Shown: one piece after another, positions 50,666 through 58,528 of the stretch
Layout: the number at the start of each line of letters is the position of its first letter
Position numbering within the stretch: position 1 is the first letter of the stretch
NCBI GenBank assembly: GCA_037230945.1
Contig: JAXUUT010000104.1
Span: 26,504-90,503, forward strand
Reading direction: 5' to 3'
Origin: a bacterium
GTDB lineage: Bacteria > Desulfobacterota > Desulfovibrionia > Desulfovibrionales > Desulfovibrionaceae
Length of the DNA stretch: 64,000 nt
Made by a program: the position numbers and the translations under genes
Notes under the pieces: model-generated
What the model was told of the DNA's origin: nothing
The model's input: the letters and a program-made list of their open reading frames with translations, nothing else
Database searches by the model: none

Positions 50666-51346
50666 ATGAAAAACGTCGTCTCCCTCCCGTTCATGATTCT
50701 CGGCATCGTGTTCTGCGTATGCCTCATCGCCTCCAACCTTCTGGAAACCAAGGTCATTCAGATCGGTCCCGTCACCATCACCGCCGGTTTTCTGGTCTTT
50801 CCCGTTTCCTACATCATCAACGACTGCATAGCCGAGGTCTGGGGCTTCGGCAGGGCGCGCCTCATCATATGGCTCGGCTTTGCCACGAACTTCGCCATGG
50901 TGGCCCTGTTCCGGCTTGCCGTGGCTCTTCCCTCCGCTCCCTTCTGGGAAGGCGACGCCGCCTTCCGCTTTGTCTTCGGCCTTGCACCGCGCATCGCCGC
51001 GGCCAGCCTTGCGGCCTTTCTTCTCGGCTCCTTTCTGAACGCCTACGTCATGAGCAGAATGAAGATTGCCAGCCGGGGAAAACACTTTTCCCTGCGCGCC
51101 GTTCTCTCCACGCTCGTGGGTGAAAGCGCCGATTCCCTCATCTTCTTTCCTCTCGCCTTCGGCGGACTCGTGCCCGTGCATGAACTTCTGAACATGATGG
51201 CCATTCAGGTATTTGCCAAAACAGCCTATGAAATTCTCGTGCTGCCCGTGACCATCCGGGTGGTGGCACGGCTCAAACGTCTGGAGGGACTCGACGTCTA
51301 CGATACGGGCATTTCCTACAACATATGGAAAATAAAAGAAATTTAA
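50666..51346 (+). CDS. yhhQ: Queuosine-precursor transporter (YhhQ/VUT family)
   Basis: SNLLETKVIQIGPVTITAGFLVFPVSYIINDCIAEVWG, GESADSLIFFPLAF, 6 TM segments. I used ATG 50666. Confidence 0.8.
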   Translation: MKNVVSLPFMILGIVFCVCLIASNLLETKVIQIGPVTITAGFLVFPVSYIINDCIAEVWGFGRARLIIWLGFATNFAMVALFRLAVALPSAPFWEGDAAFRFVFGLAPRIAAASLAAFLLGSFLNAYVMSRMKIASRGKHFSLRAVLSTLVGESADSLIFFPLAFGGLVPVHELLNMMAIQVFAKTAYEILVLPVTIRVVARLKRLEGLDVYDTGISYNIWKIKEI

Positions 51347-51586
51347 AATATCTTCATAACTTGACCCCATACAGCCCTACAGACACCCCCTTTTCTTCCG
51401 GCGGCCGGGCCCCGGCGGACGCCGGACGGACTTCATGACATGCCCCCTCAGACGCAGTGAAAGCGCCTGAGCCGTACTCTTTCTTTCCACGCTGTGGACT
51501 TTCTTCCGGCTCACGACGCGCGGCCGTCGGAAACGCCGGATTCCGCAGTCCGTAAATGACGATAGTGCCGTTTTCCCCCTTCCGAG

Positions 51587-51626
51587 ACACAAAAGGCTCC
51601 GGCGGACCTGTTTGTCCGCCGGAGCC
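51587..51626 (-). terminator. Rho-independent terminator ending the sigma-54 operon
   Basis: Perfect 13-bp stem GGCTCCGGCGGAC / GTCCGCCGGAGCC. On the minus strand it is followed by TTTTGTGT. Confidence 0.8.
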
Positions 51627-51658
51627 CTAAGGGGGATGACGCGTTTCTGCAAAAGCTG

Positions 51659-52519
51659 TTAGAGCTTCAGCAGATAGGCGGCATTGTCATAGAGGGTGAG
51701 CTGCAAAGACTCGTGCGTGAGCCCGCGTTCATGCCAGTTTTCCACGCACTGCTCAAAGCCTCTAATGGGATAGCCGGTACCGAAGAGCGTGCGATACTTC
51801 ATGAAGGAGTTGGCAGCCTTCACATACTGTTCCGCAAACGGCATGTTGCGGACATAAAAATAGCAGTCTGGAATGATATAGAGGTTGGGGCAGACGGCGG
51901 CCACACCCATGACTTCCTGAACATGAGGCCAGCAGCCGTGACTGAGGACGAAGGGCAGCTTGGGGAACTGCTTCAGCACGGGCATGAGGCGACTGGGATC
52001 GCAGAAGGTGAGATCGGGGCCGGTGTAGGCGCTCATGGCAATGCCGACGACCGTATCGAGCTGCTGGCACAGATCCAGAATGGGCAGAATCTTTTCATCA
52101 TACGCATAAATAGCGGGGTCGCACCAGCCCGGATCGAGAGAAATGCCCTTGAAACCATACTCCTTGATGCAGCGCTCAACCTCTTCGAGCGCATGCGGAT
52201 CGTGGGGGCACACGCCACCGAAGCCGAAGAAGCGTCCCGGAAAACGCTGCGTGAGCTCATAAATGTCCTCGTTGGGTACGCCGCCGTATACGGGATTTTT
52301 GGTTTCGCGTCCCATGATGACGCCGTAGGTGATGCCCGCCTCATCCATTTCCTTGACCATGAGATCAATGTCCGCCTCCGCCACGGAAGGCACGTGACGC
52401 CGCTCGAATCCCGTGGGACGCATGGCTCTGGGATCCGTGGGAATGTTGCGCCAGGCCTTGATGATGCCGAGATTCATGAAACCTTTGAAGGGAGGACGAA
52501 TGCGAAAGTCGATGATCAT
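51659..52519 (-). CDS. Amidohydrolase-2 (PF04909-like TIM-barrel) fold protein, paralogue B
   Basis: MIIDFRIRPPFKGF..., HGCWPH, IIPDCYFY, FGTGYPI. It is a paralogue of 57495-58340. The canonical HxH and GxDxP metal-ligand motifs appear to be substituted. Confidence 0.7.
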   Translation of the reverse strand: MIIDFRIRPPFKGFMNLGIIKAWRNIPTDPRAMRPTGFERRHVPSVAEADIDLMVKEMDEAGITYGVIMGRETKNPVYGGVPNEDIYELTQRFPGRFFGFGGVCPHDPHALEEVERCIKEYGFKGISLDPGWCDPAIYAYDEKILPILDLCQQLDTVVGIAMSAYTGPDLTFCDPSRLMPVLKQFPKLPFVLSHGCWPHVQEVMGVAAVCPNLYIIPDCYFYVRNMPFAEQYVKAANSFMKYRTLFGTGYPIRGFEQCVENWHERGLTHESLQLTLYDNAAYLLKL

Positions 52520-52592
52520 GAAAAACTCCTTCGGGTGGTGAAAGATGGGGGAACCCTGCCGGGGCCGGGTTCCGAAAGCAAATCCGTCGCCG

Positions 52593-53591
52593 TTACTTGA
52601 TCAGGCCTGCTTCCCGGTAATAGCGTTCCGCACCGGGATGCAGAGGAGCCACGAGGCCCTTGGGCATGGTTTCAGGCTTCAGAGTGTCCCATGCCGACTG
52701 AATCTGATGCATGTATTCATAGTTTTCGCAGAGCATCTTGGTGATCTTGTAGACGCTCTCTTCGGGCATGTCCTTGCGGCATATCATGTGCACGGTATCG
52801 GCAAGCGCGAGAATGTCCCGTCCCACGGCACCATTGTAGAGTGATCCGGGAATGATGGCCGTCTGTATGCCGGCTTCCGCCGCCACCTTCTTCAGGGTTT
52901 CGGGATTGACGCTGAGCCACTTGATGCCGGCGGAGGTGACCATTTCCTGCAGATGCGCCTGATTGAGAGAGCCGAGCATGAAGCACGCGTTTATAGTGCC
53001 GTCCTGCATCATGCCCACTCTGTCGGCGGACGAAACGGGCATGACCTTTCCGCCCCACTTCCGTATGTCGTCATAGGAAGCGCCCATGGCATTCAGCAGC
53101 ATTTCGCCGAGCACGAAGTGCAGCGTGCCCTTGGCTCCGGGATCAAGGCGAATGGGAATCTTCTTGGCTATGACCTCTTCCAGAGAGTCGGCTTCCAATG
53201 ACTTGGAAGCGTAGATGTGAATGACCGTCACATCGTTGATGTTGGCGATGGATGCAATCTGCGTAAGGGGCTTCTTGAAGGGGGGCTTGCCCTTGAGGCC
53301 GTTGACGATGTTGAAGGACTGCGTGCACGTCACGTCGCCGCCGTTGACTTCAAGCTTGAGGGGATTGCTGAGCGCGGCCCCGAGAAGCACGTTCACGTTG
53401 CTGCCGGGATAGTTCTTCTTGAGCAGATTGCCGAGCCCCGTAAAGGCCACATTCCAGGTGCCGCCCATGACGGAACCGCCGATGGCGCGGAAGGTCACGG
53501 GAGACTTGTCTTCGGCCATGGCCGTGCCGGAAAGGGTCAGCGAAAGCGCTATGGCTCCCATGCAGAAGGTGCGCATGAATCGGGCAAACAT
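52593..53591 (-). CDS. TRAP transporter solute receptor, TAXI family
   Basis: Signal peptide MFARFMRTFCMGAIALSLTLSGTAMA, a mature protein of about 300 aa, and adjacency to a fused TRAP permease, as is typical for TAXI systems. Confidence 0.75.
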   Translation of the reverse strand: MFARFMRTFCMGAIALSLTLSGTAMAEDKSPVTFRAIGGSVMGGTWNVAFTGLGNLLKKNYPGSNVNVLLGAALSNPLKLEVNGGDVTCTQSFNIVNGLKGKPPFKKPLTQIASIANINDVTVIHIYASKSLEADSLEEVIAKKIPIRLDPGAKGTLHFVLGEMLLNAMGASYDDIRKWGGKVMPVSSADRVGMMQDGTINACFMLGSLNQAHLQEMVTSAGIKWLSVNPETLKKVAAEAGIQTAIIPGSLYNGAVGRDILALADTVHMICRKDMPEESVYKITKMLCENYEYMHQIQSAWDTLKPETMPKGLVAPLHPGAERYYREAGLIK

Positions 53592-53615
53592 GAAAGGCCT
53601 CCTTGCGTTGAAAGT

Positions 53616-55535
53616 TCAGGATTGGGATGTTTCGATTTCGGGGGTCTGTTCAGGGACGGGAAGCTTCTTTCTGCGGACGAGCTGAAGAGCAAGTCCGAGA
53701 CATACGGAGCCGAGTCCCAGAATGTCCGTGATGATGCCGGGATAGATCAGGCATATGCCGCCGCCGAAGAACAGCAGTCTTTCCAGTCTGGTCGAGGTAA
53801 TGAGCATGAAACCCTGCATGCCGGAAGCAATGCACACGGTGCCCACAATGGCCGTACAGATGGCGGGCAGCACGGTATCCCATGAACCGATAAGCAGAAG
53901 CGCCGGTTCAAAAATGAAGAAGTAGGGCACAAGATAGGCGGCAATGCCGAGCCGGAACGCCGTAAAGCCCGTCTTCATGGGGTTGGCTTCGGCTATGGAC
54001 GCTCCGGCATAGGCGACCAGGCAGACCGGAGGAGTAATGCCGGACACAATGGCGAAGTACATGACGAACATATGCGCCGCAATGAGAGGAACGCCGGCAT
54101 TGACCAGTGTGGGCGCGCCGAAGGTGGCCACAAGCAGGTAGGCGGGAAGCGCGGGAACGCCCATGCCGAAAATAAGGCAGGTGATGGTGAGCACGAAGAG
54201 GAACAGCAGAATGCTGACGTGCGCCAGGCCTTCCATCATGCTCACGAAGCCGAAACCGAAGCCGGTCATGCCCACAACGCCGATGATGATGCCTACGCAG
54301 GCGCAGCAGGCGGCGATCATGAGCATGTTGGAAGCCGCATCTTCCATGGCATTCAGGAACTTCTTCACGGTAAAACGCGTTTCAGCGTGGAAGATGGAAA
54401 GCACGAGGATGGACAGACTCGCCGCTATGGCGGAAAAGTTGACGCTCATGCCCGACACCATGAGCACGACCAGAATGACCAGGGGCGCAAGATAATACAG
54501 GCGCTTCAGCAGTCTGGCCTTGTCGGGTACAAGCTCCTTGGGAGTGCCGCCGATGTTGCAGCGCATGGCCTCAAAGTGGATCATGGCGAACAGGCCGAGA
54601 TAATACAGAATGGCGGGGAACAGCGCGGCCTTGCATATGCCCGTGTAGGAAATGTTGGTATACTCGGCCATGACGAAGGCTATGCTGCCCATAACCGGAG
54701 GCATGATGAGCCCGCCGGAGGAGGCCACGGCCTCGACGGCTCCGGCAAAGGGAGCCGAATAGCCCACTCTCTTCATGAGGGGAATGGTGAAGATGCCCGT
54801 AGCATAGACGTTGGCCGCCGCGCTGCCCGACACGCTTCCGAAAAGGGCTGAACCGAAGATGGACGCCTTTGCCGGACCGCCCTTGGCGTTTTTGGTGCAC
54901 AAACAGGCCAGTTCGAGAAACACGCTGGACATGCCGCTTTTGTCCAGAAGGGAACCGAAGAGCACGAACAGATAGATTATGGTGGCGCTTGCGCCGATGC
55001 TCACGCCCCAGATGCCGTCCGGCATGATGTAGAGAGACTCGATGATGCGCTGAGGTTCGAGGTATAGATGCCCGAAGGATGCGGGCAGCATGTGGCCGAA
55101 CACCGCGTAGGCCAGCGCGACCAGCGTGACGATGACGAGCGAAAGTCCGGCGGTGCGCCTTGTGGCCTCAAGAATGCAGAGGACCATGATGATTCCGCAG
55201 ACCATCTGCTCCGTGGTAAGCTCGTCGATGCCGGGCATCATGTCCTGAATGAAGGTCAGATCCCGTATGATGTAAAGTGCACTCAGGGAGCTTGCCGCAA
55301 CAAGCACCATATCCAGCGCCAGCCAGAACCTGGGTTCTTCCTCGGGCGCTTTTCTGTAGCGGTCCAGAGGCGGACGCCAGAGAAAGATGAGTGCGAAGAT
55401 GATTCCCACATGGCCCGCCCGAACCATCATGGGATCAATCAGAAGCAGTCCCAAGGAGGTGGAGAGCTGAAAAAGGCACAAGGCCACGGCCAGTGCAAGA
55501 ATAACGGGCCGGAACGTCTTTCTCGTAAATTTCAT
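53616..55535 (-). CDS. TRAP transporter fused permease (TAXI-associated 4TM/12TM fusion)
   Basis: 639 aa and highly hydrophobic. Conserved stretches include GPAKASIFGSALFGSVSGSAAANV and VPALPAYLLVATF. I used ATG 55535 (MKFTRKTF). Confidence 0.85.
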   Translation of the reverse strand: MKFTRKTFRPVILALAVALCLFQLSTSLGLLLIDPMMVRAGHVGIIFALIFLWRPPLDRYRKAPEEEPRFWLALDMVLVAASSLSALYIIRDLTFIQDMMPGIDELTTEQMVCGIIMVLCILEATRRTAGLSLVIVTLVALAYAVFGHMLPASFGHLYLEPQRIIESLYIMPDGIWGVSIGASATIIYLFVLFGSLLDKSGMSSVFLELACLCTKNAKGGPAKASIFGSALFGSVSGSAAANVYATGIFTIPLMKRVGYSAPFAGAVEAVASSGGLIMPPVMGSIAFVMAEYTNISYTGICKAALFPAILYYLGLFAMIHFEAMRCNIGGTPKELVPDKARLLKRLYYLAPLVILVVLMVSGMSVNFSAIAASLSILVLSIFHAETRFTVKKFLNAMEDAASNMLMIAACCACVGIIIGVVGMTGFGFGFVSMMEGLAHVSILLFLFVLTITCLIFGMGVPALPAYLLVATFGAPTLVNAGVPLIAAHMFVMYFAIVSGITPPVCLVAYAGASIAEANPMKTGFTAFRLGIAAYLVPYFFIFEPALLLIGSWDTVLPAICTAIVGTVCIASGMQGFMLITSTRLERLLFFGGGICLIYPGIITDILGLGSVCLGLALQLVRRKKLPVPEQTPEIETSQS

Positions 55536-55546
55536 AGGCACTCCGT

Positions 55547-57478
55547 TTAGATGGCCTTTGCGGCATGATAACCCTGATGTACGGCGGCCATGATCTTGTC
55601 CGCCTTCACGCAGTCTCCTATGGCAACGAAGGACATGCCTTCCCTGGTCAGTTCGGCGCACAGGCTCTGTTCCGAACGGTAGCCCACGGCCGCAATCAGC
55701 GTATCGCAACGGGGAAGCTGGTATTCGTTGCCGTAGCGGTCCTTCACGGTGACCACGCCGTCTGCGTCTACGTTTCTGACTTCAAGTCCCGTCATGAGCG
55801 TCACATGACGCGCGGCGAGTTCCTCCATGAGAAACGCTCTGGCACGCCCCTGCATGTCCGGCGCGATCTCGTCCCTCATTTCGAGCACGGCGACGTCCTT
55901 GCCCTGCTCTGCCAGGAATTCCGCCGTTTCCGCCCCCACAAGACCTCCGCCGAGAATGAGCGTCTTCTGTCCGGTCGGGCTTCCCGAAAGAACGTCGGCA
56001 GCCGTCACGAAGGGAGCGTTTTTCAAGAATCCCGGAATCACGGGACGACTTCCGGTGGCAACCATGATCACATCGGGGGCCATGGCCTTCAGGTCTGCTG
56101 CGGAAACCGCGTTTCCAAGCACCAGCTTCACGCCGTTTTCCACAAGCTCGTGGGACATATGATCAATGAGGCGGAGGAAAATATCCTTGTGCGGAGGAAC
56201 GGTAGCGATGTTGACAAGTCCACCGAGCCTGTTGTCCTTTTCAAGCAGAGTAACGGAATGACCGATCTTCGCGGCCGTGAGCGCGGCTTCCATGCCGGCC
56301 ACGCCCGCACCGACGATGACGACGCGCCTGGCGTTTTCCGCATGTCTTGCGGCTTGCTGTTCAAAACCCACGCGGGGATTGACGGCACAGCTCAGGGGTC
56401 TGTTTTTGCCTATGTTGCCCACACAACCCTCGTTGCAGCTCAGACAGGGCGTGATTTTCTGCATCTGACCGGCTTCGAGCTTGTGAGGCAGCCACGGATC
56501 GGCAATAAGGGCACGGCCTATGGACACGAGATCCGTCTTGCCTTCTCTCAAAATGCGCTCCGCCGTGTCTCCGTCATGTATGCGTCCCGCCACGGTGACG
56601 AGTGCGTTCGTGCCCTCGAGTGCCTTACGGATGACGGCCGCATTGTCGGCGTTCCAGCCCATGGGCAGGACGGGAGGCGGCCCCGTAAAGCGGTTGGTGG
56701 CAATCATGCCGGCGCTGACGTGCACCAGATCGACGCCGCAGCGCACGACGTACGCAGCTATTTTTGCGGCCAGATCCACGGTGATGCCGCCGGGCAGAAA
56801 CTCATCGGAGCTCAGACGGAAGGACAGGGGAAAGTCCGGACCGAGTCTGCGACGTATGCCCTTAATGACGACTTCGGCAAAGCGCATACGGTTTTCAAAG
56901 CTTCCCCCCCATTCGTCCGTGCGTCTGTTGGTGAAGGGAGAAAGGAAGGAACCTATGAGGTAGCCGTGAGCACCGTGAATTTCCACGATGTCGAACCCGG
57001 CCTGAACCGCTCGCTCCGCCGCCTGAATGAAACAGTCCGCAAGACGCTCTATCTCGTCCTTGTCCAGAACTCTGGCGTCCTCTTCCGGGGATATCCCCGG
57101 AAGATAGGACACGAGTCTCCGCGCTGTGCGCGAAAATTCCGGCTGAGCGTAGCGGCCGCCGTGACCGAGCTGTATGCCGGCCCGCCCCCCGTGTTCATGA
57201 ATGGCCCTTGCCAGTTTTTTCAGCCCGGGAACATAGCGGTCATGGGCTATGCTGAGTCCGCGAAAATACGACAGACCGGAATCATCCACGGCGGTCGCTT
57301 CGGGAAAAATCAGCCCCGTGCCTCCTCTGGCTCTTTCCGCATAGTATGCCACAAGTCTGTCGGTGACTTCACCATTGACGGAGGCCATGTGCGTAAGCAT
57401 GGAAGGCATGACGATCCGGTTCTTCAGGGTCATTCCCCGAATGTTCACGGGGGTAAACAGCTCGGTGCAAAGAGTCAT
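55547..57478 (-). CDS. Fe-S flavoenzyme of the 2,4-dienoyl-CoA reductase / 2-enoate reductase family
   Basis: OYE-like FMN domain (LKNRIVMPSM, HGAHGYL), [4Fe-4S] motif CLSCNEGCVGNIGKNRPLSC (Cx2Cx3Cx11C), and two Rossmann motifs (VIVGAGVAGMEAA; ILGGGLVGAETAE). Confidence 0.88.
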   Translation of the reverse strand: MTLCTELFTPVNIRGMTLKNRIVMPSMLTHMASVNGEVTDRLVAYYAERARGGTGLIFPEATAVDDSGLSYFRGLSIAHDRYVPGLKKLARAIHEHGGRAGIQLGHGGRYAQPEFSRTARRLVSYLPGISPEEDARVLDKDEIERLADCFIQAAERAVQAGFDIVEIHGAHGYLIGSFLSPFTNRRTDEWGGSFENRMRFAEVVIKGIRRRLGPDFPLSFRLSSDEFLPGGITVDLAAKIAAYVVRCGVDLVHVSAGMIATNRFTGPPPVLPMGWNADNAAVIRKALEGTNALVTVAGRIHDGDTAERILREGKTDLVSIGRALIADPWLPHKLEAGQMQKITPCLSCNEGCVGNIGKNRPLSCAVNPRVGFEQQAARHAENARRVVIVGAGVAGMEAALTAAKIGHSVTLLEKDNRLGGLVNIATVPPHKDIFLRLIDHMSHELVENGVKLVLGNAVSAADLKAMAPDVIMVATGSRPVIPGFLKNAPFVTAADVLSGSPTGQKTLILGGGLVGAETAEFLAEQGKDVAVLEMRDEIAPDMQGRARAFLMEELAARHVTLMTGLEVRNVDADGVVTVKDRYGNEYQLPRCDTLIAAVGYRSEQSLCAELTREGMSFVAIGDCVKADKIMAAVHQGYHAAKAI

Positions 57479-57494
57479 GGGCGCACTCCGTCGC

Positions 57495-58340
57495 TTACAG
57501 GGAGAGAAGTCGCTTGGCGTTCAGATACATGGTGTGTTCCAGCGCATCGCTGGTGAAGTTGCGGCTCATCCAGCCTTCCTTTGCCTGCTTCAGGCTGCGG
57601 ACGGGATACGTGGAGCAGTAGAGCATGCGATATTTCAGATAGCCGTTGGCCGCGTTCACGTATTCCTCGCTCATGGGGAAACCGGGAATGTAGACGTAGC
57701 AGTCGGGCATGAGATAGACGTTGGGGCAGCGGATGGCCATGGCGAGCGCATAGTTCACATGCGGCCAGCAGGCATGAGGAACGACGATCTTGAGCTTGGG
57801 ATATTTGGCGGCCACATGCCAGATGAGGTCAGGCTGACTGAAGCTGAAGTCATCGCCGAGCATGAAGCTGCAGGTAATGGAGGCAATCATGCCGAGTCTC
57901 TGGCAGGTCTCGTATATGGGATCAATGATCTTGTCGTCGATCATGAGCTGCTTGCGCAGCCATGCCACGTCGAGGCCTATGCCGCGGAAGCCCAGCGCAG
58001 CGCAGCGCTCGATTTCCTCCACCTGACCGGCGTGAAGCGGATTGATGCCTGCAAAGCCGATGAACCGGCCGGGATACTTCTGCATGAGCTCATAGGTTTC
58101 GTCGTTGTCCACTTCGCCGTTGTCGTCGGCCTTGCGCCCCATGATGACGGCCTGCTCCGTTTCGGTCTCATCGAGTTCCTGCATGAACAGATCCATGGAC
58201 TTCTGCTGCTTGGACGGAATGGGCTCCTTGCCGACATCGAAAATGGACATGTCTTCCGGCGCGCAGGCAGGAGAATCCTGAAATATGACGGTGCTCATTT
58301 CACTTTTGTAGGGGGGACGGGTGCGGAAATCGATGATCAT
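57495..58340 (-). CDS. Amidohydrolase-2 (PF04909-like TIM-barrel) fold protein, paralogue A
   Basis: MIIDFRTRPPYKSE..., HACWPH, LMPDCYVY, YCSTYPV. It is the first gene of the operon, with a GAGGAG SD. Confidence 0.7.
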   Translation of the reverse strand: MIIDFRTRPPYKSEMSTVIFQDSPACAPEDMSIFDVGKEPIPSKQQKSMDLFMQELDETETEQAVIMGRKADDNGEVDNDETYELMQKYPGRFIGFAGINPLHAGQVEEIERCAALGFRGIGLDVAWLRKQLMIDDKIIDPIYETCQRLGMIASITCSFMLGDDFSFSQPDLIWHVAAKYPKLKIVVPHACWPHVNYALAMAIRCPNVYLMPDCYVYIPGFPMSEEYVNAANGYLKYRMLYCSTYPVRSLKQAKEGWMSRNFTSDALEHTMYLNAKRLLSL

Positions 58341-58391
58341 GACATTATCTCCTCGGGTAACAGGCTGTAATGGGTAACCTGTGAATTATTA

Positions 58392-58407
58392 TGCAAAAGA
58401 CATGCCA
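58392..58407 (-). promoter_or_regulatory. Sigma-54 (-24/-12) promoter of the amidohydrolase/TRAP operon
   Basis: The minus strand reads TGGCATGTCTTTTGCA, against the consensus TGGCAC-N5-TTGCA. It lies about 50 nt upstream of the ATG at 58340, with a divergent sigma-54 activator gene. Confidence 0.8.
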
Positions 58408-58468
58408 AAAGAGTATAATGTTTAATATATGGGAATTATTTGATATTTTTTATTATTGACCAAATATA

Positions 58469-58517
58469 TGTAATTTTTATATGACATGTATATATAACAT
58501 GTCATATAAAAATTACA
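58469..58517. promoter_or_regulatory. 49-bp palindrome (21-bp arms, 7-nt spacer); candidate enhancer-binding-protein site
   Basis: TGTAATTTTTATATGACATGT-ATATATA-ACATGTCATATAAAAATTACA, with perfect arms. Its centre is about 95 bp upstream of the -24/-12 element, and it ends 12 nt before the activator ATG. Confidence 0.65.
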
Positions 58518-58528
58518 GGATGCCCGTC

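Noticed and set aside
51347-51658. Distal boundary of a putative selC-associated island (direct repeat of the tRNA-Sec 3' end, integrase remnants)
   Set aside because: I found no repeat of the selC 3' segment and no integrase or recombinase fragment by eye. The island idea is therefore kept only as a low-interest finding.
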